38,298 nucleotides of DNA from positions 1 through 38,298 of the forward strand of contig CAILJY010000053.1 in NCBI GenBank assembly GCA_903834665.1, given 5' to 3'. The stretch comes from an uncultured bacterium. Lineage in GTDB: Bacteria; Patescibacteriota; Minisyncoccia; Phycocordibacterales; UBA9973. Shown piece after piece: positions 16,698 to 26,248 of this stretch. Below the pieces are notes generated by a model. It ran no database searches. It was given only the letters and a program-made list of their open reading frames with translations, and was not told the origin of the DNA. Within the stretch, counting starts at the first letter, position 1, and every line of letters begins with the position of its first letter. Both the position numbers and the translations under genes were made by a program.

Positions 16698-17444
16698 ATG
16701 ACAAATTATTTATACGCATTTATAAGTGTTATCCTTGTGAGCCTTGTTTCTTTGGTTGGGGTTTTTTCTTTATCTTTAAAAGAAGAGATATTAAAAAAAT
16801 ATATTAATTTTTTTATAAGTTTAGCTATAGGAGCATTGCTTGGAGATGCTTTTATTCATATTATCCCAGAAGCTTTTGAAGGCAAGCTGGGGGTGAATAC
16901 TTCTAGTCTTCTTGTTGTTGCTGGAATTTTATTGTTTTTTATTATAGAAAAATTTATTCACTGGCATCATCACGGAGAGGATAAAAATGAAGAGCAGATT
17001 CATCCTGTAGGGAAGTTGGTTCTTTTCACTGATGGTTTTCATAATCTTATTGACGGAGCAATAATTGGGGCAAGTTTTTTGGTTAGTATACCCGTAGGAA
17101 TTGCAACTACGATTGCAGTTATTTTGCATGAGATTCCCCAAGAGATAGGGGATTTCGCAGTCTTGATACATTCTGGTTATAGTAAAAAAAGAGCATTGTG
17201 GCTTAATTTTATTTCAGGGCTTGCCTCGATCCTTGGTTTAATTATTGTCTTTGTTTTTGGAAATATTATTGAAAATACAGCATTGTTTTTTATTCCTATT
17301 GCCGCAGGAGGATTTATTTATATAGCTATTGCTGACCTTATTCCTGAACTTCATAAAACTAAAAATATTAAACATTCAATAATCCAATTGGGAATAATAA
17401 TCCTTGGTATTTTATCAATGCTCGCATTACTTATGTTAGAGTAG
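16698..17444 (+). CDS. zupT: ZIP-family divalent metal (zinc) transporter
   Basis: Multi-pass membrane protein with a His-rich loop (HWHHHGEDKNEE) and the HEIPQEIGDFAVL ZIP signature. Confidence 0.85.
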   Translation: MTNYLYAFISVILVSLVSLVGVFSLSLKEEILKKYINFFISLAIGALLGDAFIHIIPEAFEGKLGVNTSSLLVVAGILLFFIIEKFIHWHHHGEDKNEEQIHPVGKLVLFTDGFHNLIDGAIIGASFLVSIPVGIATTIAVILHEIPQEIGDFAVLIHSGYSKKRALWLNFISGLASILGLIIVFVFGNIIENTALFFIPIAAGGFIYIAIADLIPELHKTKNIKHSIIQLGIIILGILSMLALLMLE

Positions 17445-17448
17445 CTCC

Positions 17449-17524
17449 ACGGGATTATTGAAATTATTCGCGCTTTACCCAGATTACTGGGCTCCGACAC
17501 GACTCATAATTTCAATAATCCCGT
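17449..17524. repeat. 19-bp perfect inverted repeat enclosing a small hairpin
   Basis: ACGGGATTATTGAAATTAT (17449-17467) pairs with ATAATTTCAATAATCCCGT (17506-17524). Inner hairpin is CCCAG-ATTA-CTGGG. Confidence 0.6.
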
Positions 17525-17560
17525 TTCGCTTTGTTTTTGTTTTTTTAAATCCAAAATAAA

Positions 17561-17588
17561 AACCACTCTTAGATAGAATAGAGTGGTT
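17561..17588. terminator. bidirectional terminator between zupT and HU
   Basis: AACCACTCT / AGAGTGGTT stem flanked by A- and T-runs. Confidence 0.7.
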
Positions 17589-17625
17589 TTTTATTTAATT
17601 TAATTGCTTTATAATGACAATCAAA

Positions 17626-17898
17626 TTATTTTACAGCGTCCTTAAGAGCTTTTGCAGCTCTAAACTTAGGAACTTTTGTTGCAGCTACTTTAACTTGTTC
17701 TCCTGTCTTTGGGTTGCGAGCCATGCGGGCTGCACGAGCCTTAACAGAAAAGATTCCAATACCTGCGATTGATACTTCGCCTCCTTTTTTCAAAGTAGCA
17801 ACGATAGCATCAAACATTGCATTCACTACTTCTTCAGCTTGTACTTTTGTACCGCCTAGCTTTTCATGAACGAGTTCTACTAATGCTTGTTTATTCAT
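17626..17898 (-). CDS. hup: HU-family nucleoid-associated DNA-binding protein
   Basis: MNKQALVELV...GFGIFSVKARAARMARNPKTGE is the HU/IHF signature. The start is trimmed to the MNKQ Met, giving 90 aa. Confidence 0.9.
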   Translation of the reverse strand: MNKQALVELVHEKLGGTKVQAEEVVNAMFDAIVATLKKGGEVSIAGIGIFSVKARAARMARNPKTGEQVKVAATKVPKFRAAKALKDAVK

Positions 17899-18136
17899 TG
17901 TTGTAGTTTTTATTTTTCTTTCAAAAAATAAAATGCTATCTGAATAATATTCGACCGTTTGCAAACGATCCCTAATAAATAGGTATAATCTTATTATATA
18001 TCAAGCTAATTTAAAAACAAGGGTTTTTCGTGTTTGACAAAAAACGTCTTTATTTTATAAAAAATGACACAAATTCTGCAGGGGCAGAATTTGTGTCATT
18101 TTTTGTTCCATAATTAGTAATTAATTACTAATTATT

Positions 18137-19666
18137 TTATCTTGCGTATTCGATTATTCTGTTTTCTCTGATCATCGTGACACGAATTTCACCAGGATAG
18201 GTGAGTTCTTGTTCAATTTTTTTAGCAATATCACGAGCCATTTCTTTTGCTTGTAAATCTGTAACTTTTTCAGGGGTAACAAATATACGTATTTCTCGTC
18301 CAGCTGATAAAGCATAAGACTTTTCTACTCCTTCAAATGTTTTTGTTAGAGCTTCTAAGTCTTGTAATCGTTTAATATAGTTCTCTACACTGTCACGACG
18401 GGCTCCAGGGCGTCCACCTGAGATATGGTCAGCTGTTTGAACGATTACTGATTCGATAGATTCGTGAGGGGTATCATCATGGTGACTCTTCATCGCAGTA
18501 ATAATTCTTGGGTCTGCTCCAAATTTCTGCAGTATCCTTATTCCTATATCAATATGTGTTCCTTGGACTTCATGGTCCAATGCTTTACCGATATCGTGAA
18601 CGAGGGCTCCCGCTTTTGCAATTTGGACATCAGCTCCAAGTTCAGAAGCAAGCATTCCAGCAATATGAGCCATTTCTATGGAGTGTTGAAGAACATTTTG
18701 TCCATAAGAAGTTCGGAAATATAAACGTCCTACAATAGCACTAATGCGTGGGTCTAGATTGAAGATTCCACATTCATAAACTGCTTGATCTCCTTTTTCT
18801 TTTATTATTTTATTGATATCTTCTTGAGCTTTAGCCACAACTTCTTCAATTTTTGCTGGCTGAATTCTTCCGTCTAGGATTAGATTTTCAAGAGCAAGTC
18901 TTGCTACTTGTCTACGAACAGGATCAAAAGATGAAATAACAATTGCTCCTGGAGTTTCATCGATAATGAGTTCTACCCCGGCACCTTTTTCAAAAGCACG
19001 AATATTTCTTCCTTCTTTTCCAATTATTTTACCCTTTATTTCATCGTTTGGGATATTGACGGAAGTTGTCATCATTTCACTTGCAGTAGAAGAAGCTAGA
19101 CGATTGATACTTGCAGCCAAGATATCTTTTGCTCGGCGATCAAGCTTTTCTGTGTTTAGACTTTCCATCTTTTGCATACGAATAAGCAAATCTTCTTCAT
19201 ATTTTTCTTCAATCCCTTTAAAAAGAATTTCTTTGGCATCATCAGTCGAAAGATGAGCTACTTTTTCAAGTTCTTTCTCTTTCTCTGACTCCATCCCATC
19301 GACACGTTCTTTAATTTTTTTGACTTCTTCGACTTTTAATTTTATCTTTTCTACTTCACGGTCGAGTTCTGTCTGGCGAGCATCTAAAAGTTCGTCTTTT
19401 TTAATTAGACGATTCTCAGTGTGCTTCCATTCTTCTTCTTTGGCTTTTGTCTCTTTGTTCACTTCGTTAAGATGAGCTTCTCCTTTCTTTTTTGCTTCAT
19501 CTATAACTTTTTGGGCATCTTCTTTTGCTCCCAACATTATCTGTTTGATCTCAAGCTCCATGGAACCTTTTTGACCAAGAGAAATAATTAGACGCAAATA
19601 ATACCCAACACCAACTCCTACGATAAGAGCGGCTGCTGATATGATTATTATTGTTATTAAACTCAT
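18137..19666 (-). CDS. rny: ribonuclease Y
   Basis: N-terminal TM helix, long charged coiled coil, KH domain (GKIIGKEGRNIRAFE) and HD domain (LVHDIGKA). Confidence 0.95.
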   Translation of the reverse strand: MSLITIIIISAAALIVGVGVGYYLRLIISLGQKGSMELEIKQIMLGAKEDAQKVIDEAKKKGEAHLNEVNKETKAKEEEWKHTENRLIKKDELLDARQTELDREVEKIKLKVEEVKKIKERVDGMESEKEKELEKVAHLSTDDAKEILFKGIEEKYEEDLLIRMQKMESLNTEKLDRRAKDILAASINRLASSTASEMMTTSVNIPNDEIKGKIIGKEGRNIRAFEKGAGVELIIDETPGAIVISSFDPVRRQVARLALENLILDGRIQPAKIEEVVAKAQEDINKIIKEKGDQAVYECGIFNLDPRISAIVGRLYFRTSYGQNVLQHSIEMAHIAGMLASELGADVQIAKAGALVHDIGKALDHEVQGTHIDIGIRILQKFGADPRIITAMKSHHDDTPHESIESVIVQTADHISGGRPGARRDSVENYIKRLQDLEALTKTFEGVEKSYALSAGREIRIFVTPEKVTDLQAKEMARDIAKKIEQELTYPGEIRVTMIRENRIIEYAR

Positions 19667-19909
19667 AGCGACTTTTTTGTCGCTTTAGAAACACAGTAAA
19701 ACCCTTTATTTTTAGGGATTATGGGCGAACAAGTATTATTGATTTAGAACAAGATTCAGATTTAAGCGTATGGTTCATAAATAAGTATAGATGTCGTGAC
19801 TGCATTAAAAAAGCGAACATGTAAATAAAAACTTTTAAATTTCGATACCCTTATAATACTCTAAAAATGAACTTTTGTCTAGATTTCCAATTTTTGGTAG
19901 AATAGGGGT

Positions 19910-22417
19910 ATGAAACCCGATATGTTACCACCAAATACAACAGAACAGAAAAATGAAGATTTAAATTCATTACCTGTAGAAAATAATACTTTAGAAAATA
20001 ATTTAAAAGCAATAATACCTGTAGATGAAAAACAGGAGACTTTTATAAAAATTCCATTGTCGGAAGAAGAATTAAATATGTCTACGGTAGATTTTGCAAA
20101 AAAATATGAATATACTTACAACGGAGCACAATTTGTAAAAGAAAGAGGCTTTAGGTCTATTCGCAATCCTAATTTTATTAGTAATAAATTATTTAATAAA
20201 ATAAATGTAGAAAATAAAAAAAAGTATATAGAAGAGGTCACACAACTGCCAATAATTTCAATTGAAACAGCGATAGGAAATGAGAAAGAGCAAAAAGAAA
20301 TAAAAAAAATAGTTGATATTTATGATCAATATAAACATCTTACTAAATATATTGGAAAGGAAAAGATGTATAGTAAAAAATTTAGACTTTTAAATGGCCA
20401 GGAATTATTTTTTGGAGATTTCGTTGTTTTAGATAGAATGATTGATTTAAAAATGTTTCGTAATAATGATGGAATATTAATGATGTTTGATGAAGAAAAA
20501 AATAACTTTACTAAATTTAAACAGAGTTCTTTTTTTAAAAAAAGTAAAAATCAAGGTTTTATTTTTAGAGATAATTTTAACCAACCCGAAAATCCTAAAA
20601 GGCAACGTGACATCGCTTCTCTTGAATCTTTCTCCCCAACAGTTTTTAAATTAGGATTTTTTAAAGAAGAAGACTTTGGGAAACGTCTTGCTGGAACAGT
20701 TACATATGATACATATGGCCCACACGAAAGAATGTTATCAAGGTCTAACCCCAATGTTTCTTTGTCTAATTCTATTGGTAGATGTATTTATTATATAGGA
20801 AGAGAAAAGTTTGTTGGCACCAATAAGGAAATAAATCATGAAACAGTTCGAGTTTCTCTTTTAGATAATGATACGGGGGTAATTACTGATATTTTTAATG
20901 GAAGAAAAGTTATTTTATATACTTTTCCTTTGATTAAGAAGGAAGAATATGAAATAAAAAAATCAGAAATTATAAAAAGAAGGCTTTTAGAAAATAAGAG
21001 TCTTGATAAAAAAAATGTTGAGGATAACATAACCGCTAAGGTATCTTTAAAAGCTTATTCTATCTTAAATTATATTCCCAAATATGATAAAGAGTCAGAG
21101 GTTGATTATAATAGTCGTATTTCTAAACTTTCGGATACATCTTATGTTTTAGGTAATTTCCGTTCATTTATGTCAGAAACTGGGCTAGCCGCGAATAATT
21201 ATTCATGGAGAGAACAATTAATTCTTGCGGACGCCCTAACTAGTTTTCATGATAAAAATAAAATTTTAGATCTGGGTAAAAATTTTGGTAAAGATGGGAT
21301 AAGAACATTTATTTCTATCGAACAAGGAGGGGAAAAAGAAAAAATGGGGGATAGCATTTTAACACTAGGAGAAACATTACCAAAAGATATAGCTAAGAAA
21401 GTTTTTGCAAAATATGGAGAAATTATAGACAATGTTAGTAAAATAACTGAATTTACTAGAACTAATTTTACTAAGGAAATAGAAATAAACCCCGATCTTA
21501 TTAAAAAGATAGAAGAAACATTATATTTAAAAGGGAAACAATTACTTTCACAGACTTACGATGATATAAATGATAAAAAAGAAGTTAACTATGAAGATAT
21601 AGGTAAACAGTTGGATCGTATAAATGCAGACACTATTACCACTTTTGCAATTTTTAAACAAGCGTTAAAAAATGGTGACAAATTATCTGTGGAAAGTATT
21701 GAGGGGTCAGTTTTTTCTAAAAAAGATACCCGAAGTATTCCAGATAGCCAGAGAGAAGAAATGTCTGATTTATATGATCGCAATTATAAAGATCATCCTG
21801 ATCGACAATTTATCGCAAAGGTTAAAGAATATTTTAATTCCGCTTTTATTCCCGAGGCTAATAAAATTAATAATTATTTTTATACTTTTGAAAAAGATAA
21901 TAAGACGAGAGCTTTTTTACGTTTTGAAAAACAAAAAAATGGTATTTTATACGCTAGCGCATTAAATGTTGATGAGGCAAGTAAAAACTTTGGACTTGGG
22001 GAAGCGATGATGGATGAAGCTCTTAGTCGTGAGGCAAAAGAAAATATTTTGAATGCTACTTGCTTAATATCTAATCCTAGTAATATGAGATATTTTGAAA
22101 AAGGTTTTGTGTCTAATCATTTTAAAATGTTAGATAATACTAATCAATTCGATCTAGTGTGGGATGAAAAGAATAATATAAATATTATCTCTAAGAAAAA
22201 AAGTATTGAGGAATTAATTTCTATGTATTTGAAGAATAATTTTGAAGGAAGTATTGAAATAAAAAAAGAAGAAAATTTAGAAAAGCTACATCAATTTATT
22301 CCAAACAACAAAGCTTTAGTTAGATGTTTTAGGGATCCTGCAAGTCAGAATAGCTGGTATGCCGTCTATGAAAAATTACCTGAAAATTATGGTTTGAATA
22401 CTTCAGAGGTAGTATAA
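19910..22417 (+). CDS. large hypothetical protein with C-terminal GNAT-like segment
   Basis: 835-aa ORF. The C-terminal ALNVDEASKNFGLGEAMMDEAL...NPSNMRYFEKGF resembles GNAT motif A plus the following helix. The N-terminal roughly 650 aa are unrecognised. Confidence 0.55.
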   Translation: MKPDMLPPNTTEQKNEDLNSLPVENNTLENNLKAIIPVDEKQETFIKIPLSEEELNMSTVDFAKKYEYTYNGAQFVKERGFRSIRNPNFISNKLFNKINVENKKKYIEEVTQLPIISIETAIGNEKEQKEIKKIVDIYDQYKHLTKYIGKEKMYSKKFRLLNGQELFFGDFVVLDRMIDLKMFRNNDGILMMFDEEKNNFTKFKQSSFFKKSKNQGFIFRDNFNQPENPKRQRDIASLESFSPTVFKLGFFKEEDFGKRLAGTVTYDTYGPHERMLSRSNPNVSLSNSIGRCIYYIGREKFVGTNKEINHETVRVSLLDNDTGVITDIFNGRKVILYTFPLIKKEEYEIKKSEIIKRRLLENKSLDKKNVEDNITAKVSLKAYSILNYIPKYDKESEVDYNSRISKLSDTSYVLGNFRSFMSETGLAANNYSWREQLILADALTSFHDKNKILDLGKNFGKDGIRTFISIEQGGEKEKMGDSILTLGETLPKDIAKKVFAKYGEIIDNVSKITEFTRTNFTKEIEINPDLIKKIEETLYLKGKQLLSQTYDDINDKKEVNYEDIGKQLDRINADTITTFAIFKQALKNGDKLSVESIEGSVFSKKDTRSIPDSQREEMSDLYDRNYKDHPDRQFIAKVKEYFNSAFIPEANKINNYFYTFEKDNKTRAFLRFEKQKNGILYASALNVDEASKNFGLGEAMMDEALSREAKENILNATCLISNPSNMRYFEKGFVSNHFKMLDNTNQFDLVWDEKNNINIISKKKSIEELISMYLKNNFEGSIEIKKEENLEKLHQFIPNNKALVRCFRDPASQNSWYAVYEKLPENYGLNTSEVV

Positions 22418-23181
22418 AGAGCTTCAAATAAACTTTTGAATAATTTATTTATTCTTTCGTCTTCTATTATAATACTAATAAGATTTTCATTTGAGATGGT
22501 AATAATTCCTATTTTGTTTTCATATATTTGGATAGCCCCTTCTACCTCACTTATTAAAGTTTTGGCTATTTTTATGTTGGTAATAGAAAAATATTTTGGA
22601 TCTTTATTATATAAATCATTAAAATATTTTTTAGAAAAATCATTTTCAATAATTAATGCCCTTTTTTTAATATTTAATTTTTCTCTTTTTATTACATATT
22701 GTTCATTTATCTCTTTAAAATATTTATCGACTATTTCTATATCAGCATAAGTTAGTACTTCTCCTTTTGTGTTTAATGTGTCTTCTAAAACTTTATTTAC
22801 TCCATCTTTACCTTCATAGAACTGAATATTTGGTTTGCCAGAAAGAAGATTAAATTTTGAAGAGAGGGCTCCGAGGGAGAAGGAGACAGTTTCTTTTGCT
22901 AGTGCAAAAGATTTTTCTTTTTGTTCCATGATCTCGGCTAGTCTCGATGGATGATTTGGAGAAAAGACGGCCACTGTACCTTCGCCTCCTTTTTGTGATA
23001 TCAATCCCATATTTTCTAATTGATCAAGGACTTTATAAACCAGTCCTCTTTTTAGGCCTGTCCACGAAGAAATAGAGCCCGCTTTTAATGGTCCTTTATC
23101 TAAGAGGGCACTATATATAGCAGATTGTTCTTCTGATAATCCAGCTTCTATTAATATTTTTTCGTCAGTATTTTGGTTCAT
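22387..23181 (-). CDS. TrmB-like winged-helix transcriptional regulator
   Basis: The N-terminal GLSEEQSAIYSALLDKGPLKAGSISSWTGLKRGLVYKVLDQLENMGLI is a TrmB/MarR-type wHTH. The 3' end overlaps the convergent 835-aa gene by 31 nt. Confidence 0.7.
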   Translation of the reverse strand: MNQNTDEKILIEAGLSEEQSAIYSALLDKGPLKAGSISSWTGLKRGLVYKVLDQLENMGLISQKGGEGTVAVFSPNHPSRLAEIMEQKEKSFALAKETVSFSLGALSSKFNLLSGKPNIQFYEGKDGVNKVLEDTLNTKGEVLTYADIEIVDKYFKEINEQYVIKREKLNIKKRALIIENDFSKKYFNDLYNKDPKYFSITNIKIAKTLISEVEGAIQIYENKIGIITISNENLISIIIEDERINKLFKSLFEALYTTSEVFKP

Positions 23182-23323
23182 GTATTTTATTTAAAGTTAA
23201 TTAATTAACTGTTTAAAGTATAGCATAGTCATTATTTTCACGCAAATATGACAAAATAGATAAATAAAATATCCTTATTTATCAACATATTTCTTTATAT
23301 TATTTTATCATTATCACATAGCA

Positions 23324-23352
23324 TTGACATTATGTAAAGAATCTGCTATACT
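23324..23352 (+). promoter_or_regulatory. consensus-like sigma70 promoter facing the E2/JAB/E1/Ubl operon
   Basis: TTGACA (23324-23329), exactly 17-nt spacer, TATACT (23347-23352). Confidence 0.5.
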
Positions 23353-23358
23353 ATCCAC

Positions 23359-24395
23359 AAGAGTTAAGGAAGAGAGATCGAAAGATAAATCTTCCAAAAA
23401 CAAGGAGAGAGTACCTTAAAGGAGATATAGAAGATTGATGTTCACCTCTGATCTTGAGATTAATAATCAAAGGACGGTATATGGACCGGTAAGCCATACA
23501 AAAAGAGAGAGTGTCCTAGAACAATCTTCAATACATATCTGTTTGCACCGTGAATAGTTAATGACGTTTCAGCCGCAAACCGAAACTATCTAACATACAT
23601 TCACAACCGTGTTATCTCGAAGCAATTCGAGGAGACATCGACAGACCATAAGAGCTTAACCCACTTTTGTGATCTGAAATGTCTTTACAAGGGAGCTTGT
23701 TGTTAATCCGTCGTCGCTAAAGCTATGACGAGACGAAGGGAGAGAGTTGATAATGAGAGCATAGAGAGGAGAGAGACCAGATCTATGGTATAGACGATTT
23801 CTTTGAAAATCATGCCTCGTGGAATTTTAATTATTAAAATTCTTTACGGGGTAAAATATTGTGCATTTAAGAAACTTTTGAAATCACAAGTATTTCTTCC
23901 CTTAGGAAGTTATTCTTGGGATACAGAGCTTTTTGAACGTGCAACAAGCATCGCAAATTATTAAATTTGTGAGGTAGAAAAGTGATTTCATAAAAAATTT
24001 AGGGGTTTATTTAGTGCATCAATTTTGGTGTTTTAAATTAACCTCTAAATTTAATATTATGGAACCACCAGGTGTTTATGGTCGTTATTGGGCGACTTAA
24101 AAGAAACCAATAGGCTGAAGATATACCTATCATGTAGGGTTTATTTTTGGTAACTAAAAACAGAAGTTGTTATATGAATCGTACTTATGTGATCCAACCA
24201 TGGCGAATGATCTATGAGTTGGGGAGTCGTATAGGTACGATAACAAGGTTGATGACCGATATTATCGGATTGACGAAGCTCAGATTGATCTGGGTCAGTT
24301 GATCCAGAGAATGTCTTTAATCAGCCAGACGCTGAGCAAAATTTTTTAAACAGTCTCTAGGCCGATTGATGCTAAGGAGACACAAATTTTGAAAA
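23359..24395 (+). ncRNA. about 1-kb ORF-poor leader / candidate long noncoding RNA with repeated GGAGAGAG-type purine motifs
   Basis: No ORF of 60 aa or more in any frame between 23182 and 24395. Five (A/G)GGAGAGAG-like motifs lie at 23368, 23404, 23503, 23738 and 23768. Several local hairpins are present, for example CTCGAA-GCAA-TTCGAG at about 23616-23631. Confidence 0.3.
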
Positions 24396-25523
24396 ATGGG
24401 AAATGTTGATATTGGAGAGGTGAAAATCCTTTCTTGGCAAGACAATGGTCAAAACCTTGCAGTAAAAGCATTGACTGAAATTCTTCTCCCCACATTGCAA
24501 GGGAAAAATGTGGCAATTTCTGTGCCGCACCAAAATTTAATGGAACCTCAAGAAACTGAGGATTTCCAAATCTTTATTTGGAGTTCACGATCAGGAGACA
24601 GAAAAATCAAACCTCCGTATAAAATATGGGGTTATGATGTTGCTTGCCGTGATGAAGCATTCCCTGGAACCGGTATGGGAACTGCTATTGTGGATGAGTC
24701 CACCGGTTATGTTGTGGCTGAACTTTTTGATGATAAAGTACTGTATGTTCACCATGACATTTTGCATTATGGTGCAGACGCAGAATATAAAATATTCTGC
24801 CATTTGTTACAGGTGGTGATAGAAGAAATATCGTCCAAAGATCCTGAAGAAAAACTGGCACGTGAAAAAAAACGAGCCGAAGAAATAAAAAATGCCAGCC
24901 GTGAAGCATTTGTTAAAGCCTGTTCAGGCCGTTTTGACAAATTGCTTTCTGGAACTCAGAAAACAATTGAGGAAGGTCACAAGACCATCCAAAAATTGCA
25001 AATTGATCTGACCACAAAAGTCCGCGAAGTAAAAGGTGCCGAGCAGAAGCTTGTGCAACTTGCAAAAGCGCGGCCTGAAGCCGAAGACGGCTATCGTAAG
25101 GAGTTCGAAAAATTCCTGACGATACAAGACGTCAAGAAAATTGAAGCCGGCGACGGCGTGATAAGGGTATTTACCAATATGATATTTATTAAACACGAAG
25201 GTGTGAAATATCAGATTGGAGAATTCCGAATCGAGATCTTTATCAACGGAGGGATCAAGTTTTTCAACTTGACCAACGGGGGTAAGGGTCCGGGGGCTAC
25301 AAACCCCTCAGGATTCAATGGTAACACCAGCTATAACCGTCACCACCCACACGTTCAGGGTGATGGTACTCCGTGTCTTGGTACAATCTCTTCAGCTGTT
25401 CCACAGTTGATTGGAGAATACCAGTATAGTGTTGTGGCTATTCTTGCCATACAGTATCTTAAATCAGTAAATGCTGAGGACTCAGCAGGGCAAGGGATTT
25501 ACTGGTGGCCAAAAGCAGAATAA
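24396..25523 (+). CDS. E2/UBC-like ubiquitin-conjugating-type protein with unknown N-terminal domain and central coiled coil
   Basis: Residues 317-328, HPHVQGDGTPCL, align position-for-position with the UBC active-site signature HPN(I/V)xxxGx(I/V)CL. Cys327 is TGT at 25374-25376. A beta-meander-like segment VIRVFTNMIFIKHEGVKYQIGEFRIEIFI precedes it. Residues about 150-235 are heptad-like and charged. The gene is GC-elevated. Confidence 0.7.
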   Translation: MGNVDIGEVKILSWQDNGQNLAVKALTEILLPTLQGKNVAISVPHQNLMEPQETEDFQIFIWSSRSGDRKIKPPYKIWGYDVACRDEAFPGTGMGTAIVDESTGYVVAELFDDKVLYVHHDILHYGADAEYKIFCHLLQVVIEEISSKDPEEKLAREKKRAEEIKNASREAFVKACSGRFDKLLSGTQKTIEEGHKTIQKLQIDLTTKVREVKGAEQKLVQLAKARPEAEDGYRKEFEKFLTIQDVKKIEAGDGVIRVFTNMIFIKHEGVKYQIGEFRIEIFINGGIKFFNLTNGGKGPGATNPSGFNGNTSYNRHHPHVQGDGTPCLGTISSAVPQLIGEYQYSVVAILAIQYLKSVNAEDSAGQGIYWWPKAE

Positions 25524-25579
25524 GTATAGTAAAAAATTAAATATAAAAAACAAAAAAACCGCCCTGGAGGTGCGGGAAA

Positions 25580-26248
25580 ATGAAACAAATGTTCATAGAA
25601 AAGCGTGCTGCGAGCCAATTCGCCCCGCACGACTTTCAAACAGAAACGGTGCTGCTAAATTATGCAGTGCCCCATATTAAGATTACGCAGGCGGCGTATC
25701 TGGATATGTATTACATAGCCGCCGCGTCAGGTCAGGAGGAGATCTCATGGCTTGGAACCGTAAAAAAAGTTGGCCATGTTTACACCATTGAAGAGGTAAT
25801 ACTCTTTGAACAAGAGGTGGAAATGGCCACAACGGCGATGACACCCGCAGACATTGCAAAGGTGTCCACTGACTTAATCATTGCCGGTGAAATTGAAAAG
25901 GTAAATTCGCTGAAGTTCTGGGGCCACGTGCACCCAAGCAACAGCACTTCCCCGTCAGGCCAGGACGAATCCCAAATGGATGTATTATCTAATGGGAACG
26001 AATGGTTTATTCGTGGTATCTTCGGCCGTTATGGCCGTGCGGAATTTACCTTTTTTGACTGGGGGCATGGACTTCGCTTCAATGACGTGCCATGGGAGCT
26101 TGTAGTTCCTAACGATGAAAGTCGTGAAGCTGAAATCCGCGATCAGGTGACCGCAAAAGTAAAAAAAGTCATTCACCAGCCGATTTTTAGTGGCTTAGGC
26201 CACGAAAATGATTGGCATAAAAATCGTGAATCATGGAAAATGGATTAA
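25580..26248 (+). CDS. JAB/MPN (JAMM) metalloisopeptidase
   Basis: Complete JAMM motif: Glu in GQEEISW, then H116-V-H118-x7-S126-x2-D129 (GHVHPSNSTSPSGQD, DNA 25925-25966). An SD-like GGAGGTG lies about 8 nt upstream of the ATG. Confidence 0.85.
   Translation: MKQMFIEKRAASQFAPHDFQTETVLLNYAVPHIKITQAAYLDMYYIAAASGQEEISWLGTVKKVGHVYTIEEVILFEQEVEMATTAMTPADIAKVSTDLIIAGEIEKVNSLKFWGHVHPSNSTSPSGQDESQMDVLSNGNEWFIRGIFGRYGRAEFTFFDWGHGLRFNDVPWELVVPNDESREAEIRDQVTAKVKKVIHQPIFSGLGHENDWHKNRESWKMD

Noticed and set aside
23359-24395. Hidden protein genes in the leader readable with an alternative genetic code (TGA or TAG reassigned), and short ORFs of 39 aa (23438) and 43 aa (24174).
   Set aside because: TAA, TAG and TGA are all frequent in every frame, so no single reassignment opens a long ORF. 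The two short ORFs lack convincing SD spacing. They are noted but not annotated.
24591-25680. Several 61-90-aa ORFs on both strands within the E2-like gene, and the 25471-25680 ORF bridging into the JAB gene.
   Set aside because: They are nested in or overlap longer ORFs with recognisable catalytic motifs. The higher GC of the island simply lowers stop-codon density in the alternative frames.
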